From contig CAWCAG010000005.1 in NCBI GenBank assembly GCA_963793425.1, forward strand, positions 672,001 to 736,000: DNA of 64,000 bases, read 5' to 3'. Positions 1-10,481 of the stretch are shown one piece after another (position 1 is the stretch's first letter; every line of letters begins with the position of its first letter). A model generated the notes under the pieces. The model was given only the letters and a program-made list of their open reading frames with translations, was not told the DNA's origin and made no database searches. The position numbers and the translations under genes are program-made. The stretch is from an uncultured cyanobacterium (lineage in GTDB: Bacteria > Cyanobacteriota > Cyanobacteriia > Cyanobacteriales > CAWCAG01).

Positions 1-881
1 AAGTAACATCCCTTAATTCCTTGAGGTAAGTTAATATCTCTTAAAGGACTCCAAGGAATTAATTCAGCTCCTAATTGCTCCAAAATATCTAGATTATCTT
101 GATAATAAAAGTTAAAAGCTCTGTCCCAAGCCAGAGCAATTTTGACTTTTTTATCTACCCTAGGAGAGAGTGAGTTGGAAACAGGAAAAGAAGTTTTTTT
201 GGGGGTTAATAAAGGTAGTAATTTATCCCAATTAAAACACTTAGCTGCTAGGTTCGTTAAGGGGGTAATAATTTTCTTAAACTGTGGTAATTCCCCCGTT
301 GGTACTAGCCCTAAATGTCTGTCTGGTATAGCGATGTCATCTTGACGACGGAGGATACCCAAAATAGGTAAATTGAGAGATTCTAAGGCTTCTTGAAGTA
401 ATTCTAAATGGCGATCGCTACCAACTTTATTTAAAATAACACCAGCCAGCTTAACTTTGGCATCAAAGCTACTATAACCGTGGGCGATCGCAGCTACAGA
501 ACCAGAGAGGCGGCTACAATCAATTACTAATACCACAGGTAATTCTAATAACCTAGCAATGTGTGCCGTACTAGCAAAGTCGGCTAGAGATTTAAACTTA
601 ACCCCATCAAATAAACCCATCACCCCTTCTACCAAAGCATAATCTTTGTCTTGGCAATGGTAAGCAAAGCACTTGGATACATAAGCTTCAGAAGTTAGTA
701 AGGGATCGAGATTGCGACAAGGAAGCCCCGTAACCCGACTATGGAACATGGGGTCAATATAATCTGGCCCTACTTTGAAAGATTGTACCTTATTACTTTT
801 TTGAGCCAAAAACGCTAGTAAAGCGAGGGTAATAGTTGTTTTCCCTACTCCACTACGTTCCCCTGCAATAATTAAAGCCAC
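1..881 (-). CDS. cobB: Cobyrinate a,c-diamide synthase (CobB/CbiA); 3' end runs off the window
   Basis: Absent from the ORF track. Manual translation from GTG at 881 gives MALIIAGERSGVGKTTITLALL...FKVGPDYIDPMFH...RNLD...VEGVMGLFDG, the P-loop and GPDYID signatures of CobB/CbiA. Confidence 0.93.
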   Translation of the reverse strand, partial: MALIIAGERSGVGKTTITLALLAFLAQKSNKVQSFKVGPDYIDPMFHSRVTGLPCRNLDPLLTSEAYVSKCFAYHCQDKDYALVEGVMGLFDGVKFKSLADFASTAHIARLLELPVVLVIDCSRLSGSVAAIAHGYSSFDAKVKLAGVILNKVGSDRHLELLQEALESLNLPILGILRRQDDIAIPDRHLGLVPTGELPQFKKIITPLTNLAAKCFNWDKLLPLLTPKKTSFPVSNSLSPRVDKKVKIALAWDRAFNFYYQDNLDILEQLGAELIPWSPLRDINLPQGIKGCY

Positions 882-1251
882 TACTTATAAAATTAATTGT
901 AGACTCTTTATTATACTAACTTTTACAAATTAAGCTCTCATAAAAATGACTTCAAGTAGTTAACATATATGTCAAAAAATAGACATTCTTAATAGTTTTT
1001 GTGCTATAATATTCCCTAATATTCACTTACCTACGAATGTAGGGAATTGCTAAAATAATCACCAAATATAATGAGGAGGCATATTAACAAAAAATATTAT
1101 TTAAAAACCAAAAATTTTATTTTCAAAAGTTATAGCTATTTTTTTAAACAACTTTATATTGCAATTTCTGTATAATTATATTTTGAATATAACTCTTTTT
1201 GATTATTAACTATATCTTTAGTAAAAAACAATAACGTTTATTATTTATAAA

Positions 1252-1389
1252 ATGGAGATTTTAAATAAGTTAAAAGAGCAGGGAACTATCAAGATAAACA
1301 ATTTGCCAGCCAAGCTAAAAAGCGAGTTTCCCGGAGAATTTACTGATATGACTCTTAATGAAATTAGAAAATTTGAGGAGGAGGTTTAA
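1252..1389 (+). CDS. Small 45-aa ORF, possible truncated toxin-like protein
   Basis: ATG1252..TAA1389 reads MEILNKLKEQGTIKINNLPAKLKSEFPGEFTDMTLNEIRKFEEEV. It ends 4 bp before the HEAT-repeat frame. Confidence 0.4.
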   Translation: MEILNKLKEQGTIKINNLPAKLKSEFPGEFTDMTLNEIRKFEEEV

Positions 1390-1393
1390 GTTC

Positions 1394-1873
1394 GTGAAAA
1401 TTTTTCTCACCGAAGCAATTAAACAAGCTAACACTGAACAATTACGGGCTATTATCTTCGCTTTAAGTAATCAAGCAAACTAAGATACAAAAATAATACA
1501 ACTCTTATCTCAATATCTTCGAGATAAACGCCCAATAATTGTTGCTGAGGCTATAGATGGCTTAACCAAACAAAATGAGACAACAGCTATTTCAGAAGTC
1601 TCAGCTTTATTGAATTCTCAGTCTCCTTACATTAGAAATAGCGTTCTTCGTTACCTCAGTAAACTGTATCCAGAACAGGCATTTCCTTTACTAAAAGAAG
1701 CATTGCAAGATCCAGATTATCTTGTTCGAGAAAATGCGGTAGATGAACTAGGAGAATTAGATAAGCCAGAAGCGATCGCTTATCTTGTTCCTCTAACCAA
1801 AGATCCTCACCCTGATGTACGCCAAGCAGTAGAGACGGCAATAGATATGCTATCTTGCATTTCGGTTGTTTGA
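1394..1873 (+). pseudogene. HEAT-repeat protein interrupted by an in-frame stop
   Basis: The frame of ORF 1610..1873 extends upstream to GTG1394 with HEAT-like sequence (LRAIIFAL, LRDKRPIIVAEAIDGL) and a single TAA at 1481-1483. Confidence 0.7.
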
Positions 1874-2110
1874 TAACTAGTTCTGTTAACACTGCTTTTC
1901 AGCATTGATCGTCTTGCGATCGCAGAAATTTATCTCCAAAAAAAACAACCGCGAGACAGAAATTCACGGTTGAGATGGATGTGAAGGAGTAATATGATAC
2001 TTCTTATCATAGGGGTAGAAAAGCTCAACCTAATCTCGGTTACAGTTTTTGCAACAGAAAATATTTTTCTTAAACTTACAGAGTAAAACCCGGAGTTAAG
2101 GAATTGGTAC

Positions 2111-3169
2111 ATGGGCAATGAGACACAATTAAAAACCCGACAACAGGATGTACGCAGTTGTGGCATTAATCCTAATCATTGGTATGTTGTAGCCTCTGCT
2201 AAGGAAGTGCAAGAAAAGCCTTTGGGGGTAACTCTTTGGCAACAAGCTATAGTTCTTTATCGCGATGAAACAGGGGTTGTTAGGGGGCTAGAAGATCGTT
2301 GTCCTCATCGCCAAGTTAAACTAAGTCACGGTCAGGTTAAGGGGGAAAACCTTGAATGTGCTTACCATGGGTGGCAATTTGACTCTGGGGGTAACTGTGC
2401 AGAAGTTCCTTATTTAGGGACGCAACAAAAGTTACCCAGTTGTAAAATTCGTTCCTACCCCGTCCAAGAATTACATGGCTTTATTTGGTTATTTTTAGGG
2501 GAAAATGATCCAGAATCGGTCACTCCTTTAGGGCTACCGGAATGGCAAAATTTAAACTACATCGCCACAGTTTCAGTAATAGATTGCCAAGCCCATTTCT
2601 CTTACTTAATCGAGAATCTGATGGATATGTATCATGGGCATTTACACCATGATCTCCAAGCTTGGGCAAGTGCAGCTTTACAAAGCTTAGAAGCGAATGA
2701 TCAGCGGGTTGATGCCCATTATCAGGCACAAAGTTATTATCGTATTGATAAAATTTGGTCAATTTCTCAGCTTTTCTTTCCTGCCCTACGTCGCCTTCAC
2801 CTTGAACCTTTAGATGTCAGTTATGTTTATCCCCATTGGCAATCAAGTTTAGGGCAAGATTTCAAAATTTGCTGCCTATTTTGTCCTGTTAGTCCCACCC
2901 AAACCCGTGCTTATTTAGTTCATTTCACTTCCCTAAATGCCTTTTGGCGTTTACAGAAACTACCGATTTGGTTTCGCCGTTTCATCAAAGAAAGTCTTTT
3001 CGGGGCAGCACAAAAACTTCTTGATGGTTTGGTGAAACAAGATGTCAAGATGATTGAAGAGGAACAACAAGCCTATAGCCAAAATCCTTACCAACGTAGC
3101 TATGAACTCAATTCTGCTGTAATTAAGGTGCAAAAGTTAATTCGCCAACAGGATAACAGTGAACAGTAA
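2111..3169 (+). CDS. Rieske non-heme iron oxygenase, alpha subunit
   Basis: Rieske ligands CPH...CAYHGW; mononuclear Fe motif ENLMDMYHGHLH. Confidence 0.9.
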   Translation: MGNETQLKTRQQDVRSCGINPNHWYVVASAKEVQEKPLGVTLWQQAIVLYRDETGVVRGLEDRCPHRQVKLSHGQVKGENLECAYHGWQFDSGGNCAEVPYLGTQQKLPSCKIRSYPVQELHGFIWLFLGENDPESVTPLGLPEWQNLNYIATVSVIDCQAHFSYLIENLMDMYHGHLHHDLQAWASAALQSLEANDQRVDAHYQAQSYYRIDKIWSISQLFFPALRRLHLEPLDVSYVYPHWQSSLGQDFKICCLFCPVSPTQTRAYLVHFTSLNAFWRLQKLPIWFRRFIKESLFGAAQKLLDGLVKQDVKMIEEEQQAYSQNPYQRSYELNSAVIKVQKLIRQQDNSEQ

Positions 3170-3255
3170 ACAGTTATCAGTTATCAGTAAACAGTGGATG
3201 ACAAGTACAATTATTGGTTAAGTAGTTAACTAATAATTGGTAACTGATAACTACT
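3155..3255. repeat. Short tandem heptamer repeats (STRR-like)
   Basis: aacagtg/aacagta/aacagtt/atcagtt/atcagta array, with an inverted taactga/taact counterpart near 3240. Confidence 0.6.
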
Positions 3256-3266
3256 GCAAGCTAATA

Positions 3267-3689
3267 TTACACCCCTGCTGCCTGCTCCCCACTCCCTACT
3301 TCTTTCCCCAAAGATTGCGGATCTAACTCCTCTAATTCTGGTTCTGTTTGCTGTAAATGTTCTTCTAATATCTTGAGGTTGCGGACGTTTGATTTGTAGA
3401 AAGCATCAAAGATATCCCCAATTAAAGGAACTGTACCTGCTACGGCTTCTAAGGTGATATTGAAAAGCATTTGTCTAAAGTCTTTACCCGATAAATTGAA
3501 GCGAGTGGCTAAGTAAATGATATAAGCGGAAAAAGCAGTACTAACCACATCTCCTGCCCCAGGAATTAAGCCAATAATCGGGTCTAAGCCAATGCGAAAT
3601 TTAGTTCCGGGGAGGCGAAAAGCAGTATCCATTAAGCGAGAGAGTTTGCGAATGCGGTTGAGGTTAGCAAGGCGTTGGGCTGAGTTCAT
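3267..3689 (-). CDS. DUF4112 family membrane protein
   Basis: LMDTAFRLPGTKFRIGLDPIIGLIPGAGD and VPLIGDIFD signatures. Confidence 0.88.
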   Translation of the reverse strand: MNSAQRLANLNRIRKLSRLMDTAFRLPGTKFRIGLDPIIGLIPGAGDVVSTAFSAYIIYLATRFNLSGKDFRQMLFNITLEAVAGTVPLIGDIFDAFYKSNVRNLKILEEHLQQTEPELEELDPQSLGKEVGSGEQAAGV

Positions 3690-3780
3690 GCCAAATATGT
3701 CTAATGCTAAAGATTTGAGGATGAGTTGTAGTGGTGAATAAAATACTAAATAGTTCCGAATGACTGGCTAACTTCTGACT

Positions 3781-4053
3781 CTATGGCCCAGAAAAAACCG
3801 CTGATTCTATATCACCGCGACTCAGGGAATATTTGAAAGAACGGGTAACATTGTGTTCCGCTTTATCAGTTTGAAAGTAATGGACAGTTAATTCCTCAAC
3901 CTCTAGACATAATTCAGCTTGCCAACTAGGTCGTTTTACTTCCCAGCAATGTAAATTTTCTCGGTTTTGTTTGCAGCCTAAGTTAGCTAGCCATTGCTCA
4001 ATTTCTGGTAAAGGATGGTTATAAAGGGGGGTGTCAGAAGGTAAGGTAGGCAT
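3781..4053 (-). CDS. DUF3143 family protein
   Basis: TPLYNHPLPEIEQWL...SLSRGDIESAVFSGP. Confidence 0.85.
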   Translation of the reverse strand: MPTLPSDTPLYNHPLPEIEQWLANLGCKQNRENLHCWEVKRPSWQAELCLEVEELTVHYFQTDKAEHNVTRSFKYSLSRGDIESAVFSGP

Positions 4054-4616
4054 TAACTTAAAAATAATACTTTTAATACAGTCTGGAAATTGGTAATCGC
4101 GAAAAAGTGGATTTTAGTGAAGTGGGATACTTGAAGTGCTGTATCTCCCCTGGTTAAACCGATAAATATAGCAATCATTAAACAGCCAATAAAGGTCAAA
4201 CCTAAGATAAATAAAGCAAATAGTTCTCCAGAGGAAAGAGGACGGTCTGTCGGGTCAAGATAAGCGGAATTAGACCACTTTCTAGGAGATGATTCCCCCC
4301 TTTCTGATTCTAAAGGTGGTTGAATTACATGGTAACGGGAATAACCAATTTTATGATCGTAGAGCGATCGCAACTCTGGATTGCTTAAGGTAGCATAGGC
4401 TTCATTGAGTTGCTGAAATTTAATTGTGGCTTCTGGTATGGGTAAGTTAGTGGTATCAGGATGGTAGCACTTACTTAATTCTCGATAAGAGCGGCGAACT
4501 TCCACAACGGAGGCTGAAGGATGAAGCCCTAAAAGATCATAGTGACTATGGGCCAGCTTAATATGGGCTGGTAAGGAGCGCGAGGTTGATTTTTCTGTTA
4601 CTCTCTCCTGGTTCAC
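4053..4616 (-). CDS. J-domain co-chaperone with C-terminal TM helix
   Basis: HYDLLG...HPD...LNEAY J-domain plus a hydrophobic C-terminal segment. Confidence 0.88.
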   Translation of the reverse strand: MNQERVTEKSTSRSLPAHIKLAHSHYDLLGLHPSASVVEVRRSYRELSKCYHPDTTNLPIPEATIKFQQLNEAYATLSNPELRSLYDHKIGYSRYHVIQPPLESERGESSPRKWSNSAYLDPTDRPLSSGELFALFILGLTFIGCLMIAIFIGLTRGDTALQVSHFTKIHFFAITNFQTVLKVLFLS

Positions 4617-4703
4617 TTGCTTCGATGTTTAATTATTGATGTATGTTATTTTAACTGAATTCTCAATTGAGATTAGCTAAATTTTCCCTAGAGGGGCTTA
4701 GTT

Positions 4704-5114
4704 ATGAAACCTCAAAACATTTCTCCCCTTGCTGAGACTGACCCCAAACTTGCTAAGCAAGTACAAAGATTGCACCGCCTTACAGTTTATTTTAGATGGA
4801 TTATTGTCGTTATTTGCTGGTTAAGTCTGGGTATTTTCGGTATTTGGGGACTACGCCACGAAATTGAACTGTGGAGAGAATATTTTACTTGGGTTGCGGT
4901 GCGCTACGGTTTGTTTTACAACCCCCTAGCTACCCTATGTGTGGCCTTTTGTTGTGGTCTGACCACAGCAGTTTTAGTTTGGCAAAGTCGTAATATTTTG
5001 CTTGGTCTTCCCCCAAGGGAAAGGCAACATTTAGAAAGAGGAGTATTAAAAATCCGCGCTGTTGGGCCGAGTCATCCCCTTTGGAAATTTGTGGTGAGAG
5101 AAACAAAAAAGTAA
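4704..5114 (+). CDS. Conserved cyanobacterial membrane protein, function unknown
   Basis: 136-aa ORF with two hydrophobic segments and a GPSHPLW C-terminus. Confidence 0.75.
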   Translation: MKPQNISPLAETDPKLAKQVQRLHRLTVYFRWIIVVICWLSLGIFGIWGLRHEIELWREYFTWVAVRYGLFYNPLATLCVAFCCGLTTAVLVWQSRNILLGLPPRERQHLERGVLKIRAVGPSHPLWKFVVRETKK

Positions 5115-5136
5115 TTAATTAGCAATTAGCAATAAT

Positions 5137-6096
5137 CTAAACTTCATCGGAAACTTGCGTTTCTGGAATGGCAATATTTTTAATCCCTTTGAGATTCCTC
5201 CACCACGCTAACAAGCTACTAGCAACAAAAATACTGGAATAAGCGCCCAAAATAAAACCAATTATTAAAGCTAGGGCAAAATATTTTAAAGTTTCTCCCC
5301 CAAACAGAAAGATTGCTACTAGGGGGAGTAGGGTCGTTAATGTGGTGTTGATGGAACGTCCCAAGGTTTGATTAACCGCAAGATCAACGATTTCATTAAT
5401 TGATTCATTGGGCATTTTGCTACTGGTTTCGCGGACACGATCATAAATAACTACAGTGTCATTGACAGAAAAACCAATGATAGTAAGTAGGGCTACTAGG
5501 AACAAACTGTCTACTTCAACATTAGCTACTAAACCTAAGACGGCAAAAACACCCGTGGTAACTAAGACATCGTGGAATAGGGCTAAAATAGCGAAAATAG
5601 CATAGTCGAATTTGAAGCGAAAGCTGAGATAAACTATGATACCGAAAAAGGAAACAATCAGAGCAAGTAAACCCGCTACGAATAGTTCTTTCCCAACGGT
5701 GGGGCCAACGGTATCTATTTGAATGCCGTTAGGGTCAAATTTACCAATTGCTTTGCTTAAATCCTTTTCTAAGTCGCTGCGTTGGTCTACACTCAGGTTT
5801 TCTTTGATTCGTATAGCGACGGTATGCTCGTCAATAACCTGAACACCACTTCCCCCTAGTCCTTTTGCTGTGAGAACTTCCCTAACTTCACCAGGTTCGA
5901 TTGGTTGTTCACAATTTTGGGGTTCAGAACAATCTAAACTTAATTGTAGACGAGTTCCCCCTACAAAGTCTAAACCAGGGCGTAAGGGGGCATTTAACTG
6001 GCTAAAGGAAACAACCATCGCCAGCAAACTACCGACCATAGCAACAGCAGAAATGCTCCACCACAAACGTTGCCGTTTAATAACACTAAATTTCAT
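5137..6096 (-). CDS. secF: Protein translocase subunit SecF
   Basis: [29 protein letters not shown] motifs; downstream of secD. Confidence 0.97.
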   Translation of the reverse strand: MKFSVIKRQRLWWSISAVAMVGSLLAMVVSFSQLNAPLRPGLDFVGGTRLQLSLDCSEPQNCEQPIEPGEVREVLTAKGLGGSGVQVIDEHTVAIRIKENLSVDQRSDLEKDLSKAIGKFDPNGIQIDTVGPTVGKELFVAGLLALIVSFFGIIVYLSFRFKFDYAIFAILALFHDVLVTTGVFAVLGLVANVEVDSLFLVALLTIIGFSVNDTVVIYDRVRETSSKMPNESINEIVDLAVNQTLGRSINTTLTTLLPLVAIFLFGGETLKYFALALIIGFILGAYSSIFVASSLLAWWRNLKGIKNIAIPETQVSDEV

Positions 6097-6120
6097 CTAT
6101 TACCTACTACCCATTACCTA

Positions 6121-7524
6121 TCACTTAGTTGCTACATTTAAGTTTGGACAAAATAGTTCTGGTTTTTGACGAACTTTTGGCACACTGAGGACTATTAACA
6201 TTAACAGAGTACGACTACAGGTTAAAGCAGTAAACATACTCACAACAACACCAATTGCTAGGGTTAAAGCAAAACCTTTAACTAAGCCAGAACCTAACCA
6301 AAATAGGGCAGCACAGGCGATTAAAGTTGTGACATTACTATCTAAAATACTCGAAAACGCGCGGTAAAAACCCGATTCTACTCCTCGATAGAGACTTTTA
6401 CCTGCCCTGAGTTCCTCCCTGGTACGTTCAAAGATAAGTACGTTAGCATCCACTGCCATACCAATGCTGAGGATAAATCCGGCGATTCCAGGTAGGGTTA
6501 AGGTGACTCCAACTAAGGTGAAGCAAGCTAGGGTCAAAATGGTGTAAATGATTAAGGAAATATCAGCGATTATTCCTGGCAGACGATAATAAACTGCCAT
6601 GAAAATTAGTACTAATACTAAACCAGCGATCGCTGCATAAACACTACGCCTGATACTATCTTGCCCCAAGGTAGCCCCAACGGTGCGATTTTCCACTACT
6701 TCTACGGGGAAAGGTAAGGAACCACCACGAAGTTGAATTTCTAAGTCACGAGCTTCTTCGATGGTAAAGTTACCGGTAATATCTGCGCCGCCCCCATCAA
6801 TACCTTTTTCAGCATATTGTGGCCCTACGGTAGGGGCGCTAATTAAAACCCCATCAAGGAAAATACCAATACTGCGCCCTGTACCCGCTAAATTTTTAGT
6901 TAATTGGGCGAAATCTTCCCCTCCTTGTTTATCAAAAGCAATGGAGACTTGCCAACCTAAACCTGATGGTGATTGAGTTGCTAAGGCATTAGTTAAGTTT
7001 TTGCCTTCTACTTTTGGGGAGTCAAAAAGCTCATTTATGGCTTCTCTGGTTTGAGTGAGAGATTCCTGCTTTTCAGCAATTTCTTCTTCTTGGCCATCCT
7101 GTTTTTGTAGTGTTTCTATTTCTGCTTCGAGTTGTTGTTGGAGAGCAAATTCTACCCGCAATTCTTGTTCTGTTCCTGCTAGTTGTTCGCGAAACTCCAA
7201 TTGCGCTGTCCCTTGAAGCCTTCTTTCTGCTTGAGTAGGATCACTAACCCCTGGTAGTTGGACAAGAATTTTATTTCCCCCGGCTGTTTGTACTACTGCT
7301 TCAGATACCCCACTAGCATTAACCCGATTTTGCATAACGCGCTTAACGGCTTCTAGGTCTTCTTCTGAGATTTCTTTGATATCTTCAGTAGGTTTGACCT
7401 GAATAGTTAATTGCGCCCCTCCTCGCAAGTCTAAGCCTAGATTGAGGGGTAATTGTACTAAAAGAACAATTGCGCCAATTACTAGAACAATGATGAGGGC
7501 GATTAGGGAACTTTGTTTTTGCAT
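6121..7524 (-). CDS. secD: Protein translocase subunit SecD
   Basis: LGLDLRGG and [13 protein letters not shown] motifs. Confidence 0.97.
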   Translation of the reverse strand: MQKQSSLIALIIVLVIGAIVLLVQLPLNLGLDLRGGAQLTIQVKPTEDIKEISEEDLEAVKRVMQNRVNASGVSEAVVQTAGGNKILVQLPGVSDPTQAERRLQGTAQLEFREQLAGTEQELRVEFALQQQLEAEIETLQKQDGQEEEIAEKQESLTQTREAINELFDSPKVEGKNLTNALATQSPSGLGWQVSIAFDKQGGEDFAQLTKNLAGTGRSIGIFLDGVLISAPTVGPQYAEKGIDGGGADITGNFTIEEARDLEIQLRGGSLPFPVEVVENRTVGATLGQDSIRRSVYAAIAGLVLVLIFMAVYYRLPGIIADISLIIYTILTLACFTLVGVTLTLPGIAGFILSIGMAVDANVLIFERTREELRAGKSLYRGVESGFYRAFSSILDSNVTTLIACAALFWLGSGLVKGFALTLAIGVVVSMFTALTCSRTLLMLIVLSVPKVRQKPELFCPNLNVATK

Positions 7525-7653
7525 AGCGGCAGTCTGTCAGTTTTTAGTTGACGGGTAAAGGGAAGTAATAAGTAGTAACTAATTAAGTAAAGAATATACT
7601 TTCTTTGTGGTATGCGAGATTGAATTTGTGGTTTAAGGGAGAAGGATAGAAAG

Positions 7654-7676
7654 CGAGGCGCTACAATAACGCCTCG
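7654..7676 (-). terminator. Hairpin downstream of pdhB
   Basis: cgaggcg-N9-cgcctcg stem just past the pdhB stop. Confidence 0.5.
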
Positions 7677-7689
7677 TACTATAAATCAA

Positions 7690-8673
7690 TTAAACCTGTA
7701 AAGCGACCATTTTCTTTACAGCTTCAACAATTTGCTCTGGTTGAATAATGGTTAGCCTTTCTAATGTTCCATTGTAGGGGGTAGGAATGTCTTGGGAAGA
7801 CAGTCGTACAACAGGAGCATCTAATTCATCGAAAAGTTGTTCGTTGATCAATGCAGTTAATTCTGCCCCAATTCCCCCGGTTTTCATACATTCTTCGACA
7901 ATGATGACGCGGTGGGTTTTCTTGATCGAAGCGCCGATAGTTTCTAGATCAAAAGGCTTAAGGGAGATTAAGTCAATAATCTCTGGATCTAGTCCTTCTT
8001 TTTCCAGAGGCTTCAAAGCTTGCAGACAGTGATGGCGCATTCTAGAGTAGGTGAGAATAGTTACATCCTTACCTTCTCTAACCATTTCTGCTTTATCAAT
8101 GGGAACCAAATATTCATGTTCTGGCAAGTCTTCTTTTAAGTTGTAAAGAAGCACGTGTTCAAAAAACAATACTGGATTATTATCCCGAATGGCTGCTTTA
8201 AGAAGACCTTTGGCATTATAAGGGGTTGAACAAGCCACAATTTTTAATCCCGGAACCGCATGAAAGTAAGCTTCTAAGCGTTGGGAATGTTCTGCCCCTA
8301 ACTGGCGACCTACTCCCCCAGGGCCTCTAATAACCATCGGAATGGTAAAATTTCCTCCGGAGGTATAACGTAACATACCAGCATTATTAGAAATTTGGTT
8401 GAAGGCCAGGAGCAAAAAGCCCATGTTCATACCTTCAATTATCGGTCGCAAGCCTGTCATAGCAGCTCCAACAGCCATACCAGCAAAGCTATTTTCGGCG
8501 ATGGGAGTATCTAATACTCTCAATTCACCGTACTTCTCGTATAAGCCCTTGGTCACTTTGTAAGAACCGCCATAATGCCCTACGTCTTCTCCGAGGACAA
8601 ATACAGTGTTGTCACGAGCCATTTCTTCATCAGTTGCTTCGCGCAACGCATTATAGAAAAGAGTTTCTGCCAT
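7690..8673 (-). CDS. pdhB: Pyruvate dehydrogenase E1 beta subunit
   Basis: [26 protein letters not shown] motifs. ATG at 8673 ([10 protein letters not shown]) preferred over the track start at 8685. Confidence 0.96.
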   Translation of the reverse strand: MAETLFYNALREATDEEMARDNTVFVLGEDVGHYGGSYKVTKGLYEKYGELRVLDTPIAENSFAGMAVGAAMTGLRPIIEGMNMGFLLLAFNQISNNAGMLRYTSGGNFTIPMVIRGPGGVGRQLGAEHSQRLEAYFHAVPGLKIVACSTPYNAKGLLKAAIRDNNPVLFFEHVLLYNLKEDLPEHEYLVPIDKAEMVREGKDVTILTYSRMRHHCLQALKPLEKEGLDPEIIDLISLKPFDLETIGASIKKTHRVIIVEECMKTGGIGAELTALINEQLFDELDAPVVRLSSQDIPTPYNGTLERLTIIQPEQIVEAVKKMVALQV

Positions 8674-9031
8674 CCATCGCCTCACCTGTTTGCAGCAAAC
8701 ACAATCCTATCATTTCATTTGGTGCTTGGTGTTGGGGAATTTAGCTAGCGCTTCGGGAATTTTCTTGACTAAAATCCAGTTCGTGATTCTAAAACTAGAA
8801 CAATTTTTCTCCTAATTGTTTACATAAAAAATTAAAATTTTGTGGTAAGAAGGCTTTGTATATTGGTGATTTTACGACATATATAAAAGAGCGTAAATCT
8901 ACTCTAATAAACTTTGAAAAGATATGCTGTTGGAGATAAGAGAATTATTTAATTACAGTAAATTTCTATTTAATATTAATAGGTTAATACCAGTAACTTC
9001 CTGATTGAAATTTTAATAAACATCTTGTTGA

Positions 9032-9244
9032 TTACTGTAATTCTTCTTCAGTGAAAGAAGGAGAGTTATGAATCAACCACTCCTTTAAAGCTTCTTCTAA
9101 AGCTTCACTTTGACTAGTTTGCTTAGAAGTACAAGCAATTTTAAAACGAATGGCTAAATTTTTAGGAACATAGCCGCTTACTTGAGCATAATTGGGGTCG
9201 TCACGTTTAGTTACCACAGTTATCTTTATACATATTATTGACAA
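9032..9244 (-). CDS. Ribbon-helix-helix (CopG-like) DNA-binding protein
   Basis: YAQVSGYVPKNLAIRFKIAC...SQSEALEEALKEWL fits a beta-alpha-alpha RHH pattern. True start may be the GTG near 9217. Confidence 0.75.
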   Translation of the reverse strand: MSIICIKITVVTKRDDPNYAQVSGYVPKNLAIRFKIACTSKQTSQSEALEEALKEWLIHNSPSFTEEELQ

Positions 9245-9390
9245 TGCGATCGCGAACTAATGAATTCACAATCGCATGAATTAACCAACTAATGTTACAG
9301 TAATTGGTCATAGACATCATCTAACCATATCACCAACCCAGTTATTAACTAGTAACTCAATTAGTTGGTACTTTGAAAACTGAAGGCAAA

Positions 9391-9428
9391 AAGCCAGCAG
9401 ACAAGTTTACACGGCTTCCTGCTGGCTT
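9391..9428 (+). promoter_or_regulatory. Leader hairpin preceded by a boxA-like motif
   Basis: Perfect 10-bp stem aagccagcag/ctgctggctt with an 18-nt loop, 30 nt before ATG9459; actttgaaaactgaa at 9370-9384. Confidence 0.5.
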
Positions 9429-9458
9429 CGGGCTTCTTATCAAAAGGAAACCTTTACT

Positions 9459-10373
9459 ATGGTAAAACCAGTTGGTACAACTTCCAATAGCTATGGAAAA
9501 AGTCAGCAAGTTGAAGATGATTTTGGGCTGAAGAAACTGCTGTCTCATTTACGCAGCCACACTGATACAGAATCAATTAATGTTGAAGAACAAGAGCTTA
9601 AAAGCTTGGCAAAGATGATCATTGAAGGCTTAGCTAAAAGTCTTGATAGTAAGCAAGTTGCTAGTTATCTTAATGCCTTGCGCCATGGCCATAGCAAACC
9701 CTGCCAAGATAGCCTTAATTTAGAAATTCCTGCCTCTACAACCAAAGCTATAGATAACTTTCCTGCTAATACAAAACCTCGCTATCAAGAAGGGGATCGC
9801 GTCAGATGGCAATCTCCAGGTAATAGCTCTGATTGGGGGGTGATAATTGGTCACTTTTATGCCTATGCTAAACACAATTATCAGTGGGGAATTTGTTACC
9901 TTGTGTGGTTAGATGTTAATTCTCCTAGCGCTGATTGGATAGTTGCAGATACAGCTTGGGAAGAAGATTTGGTGCTGATTGTTTCTCAAGATTTAAAAGA
10001 TTCTTTGCCTAATTTAATCAATAAACGCCAATCTCTTCATGCACCCCCAGGAAGTTATAAATCTGACAATCCTCATCAACCAACTACGCGCCAACTATCC
10101 CAACGAGAGCAAGAATTAGTGCAATTGTATAGCGAATGTCAACTAGCCATGACACCCAAACATTTTTATCATAAATGGCAAGTTAGCCACGATATCTTAG
10201 CGATGGTTTGCTCTCGTTCTACTTCTACCGTTCGCCACTGGTTTTCTAAGGGGAAAAGCTATCGTCGCCCCAACAAAGATGATTTACGCAATCTGGCTTT
10301 GATGGATTTTGTATTAGAGCATTTTGAGAGTATTCCTGCTGAGGTGTTTAGTTTCCTTTGCGCCCCTAAGTAG
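9459..10373 (+). CDS. Hypothetical protein with SH3-like barrel and C-terminal HTH
   Basis: PRYQEGDRVRW...WGVIIG...YLVWLD...AWEEDL (SH3/KOW-like); C-terminal WQVSHDILAMVCSRSTSTVRHWFS (HTH-like). Confidence 0.75.
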   Translation: MVKPVGTTSNSYGKSQQVEDDFGLKKLLSHLRSHTDTESINVEEQELKSLAKMIIEGLAKSLDSKQVASYLNALRHGHSKPCQDSLNLEIPASTTKAIDNFPANTKPRYQEGDRVRWQSPGNSSDWGVIIGHFYAYAKHNYQWGICYLVWLDVNSPSADWIVADTAWEEDLVLIVSQDLKDSLPNLINKRQSLHAPPGSYKSDNPHQPTTRQLSQREQELVQLYSECQLAMTPKHFYHKWQVSHDILAMVCSRSTSTVRHWFSKGKSYRRPNKDDLRNLALMDFVLEHFESIPAEVFSFLCAPK

Positions 10374-10398
10374 CAAAATGCCTATACCATGAAGAGGT

Positions 10399-10442
10399 AA
10401 AAAAAGACATGTCAGATGGGCATGTCTTTTTTCTTTTTTTTC
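10399..10442 (+). terminator. Intrinsic terminator-like hairpin
   Basis: aaaaaagacatgtc-agatg-ggcatgtctttttt followed by a long T run. Confidence 0.7.
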
Positions 10443-10481
10443 TATTAAGGTGGCTAAAGTTCAATTCATTTACTAATTAAA

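Noticed and set aside
142..345. 67-aa + strand ORF
   Set aside because: Antisense shadow of cobB, which occupies 1..881 on the minus strand.
882..1250. Possible cobalamin riboswitch upstream of cobB
   Set aside because: Extremely AT-rich, with no recognisable B12-box or GGGAA core on the minus strand; only a short ttcccta/tagggaa inverted repeat.
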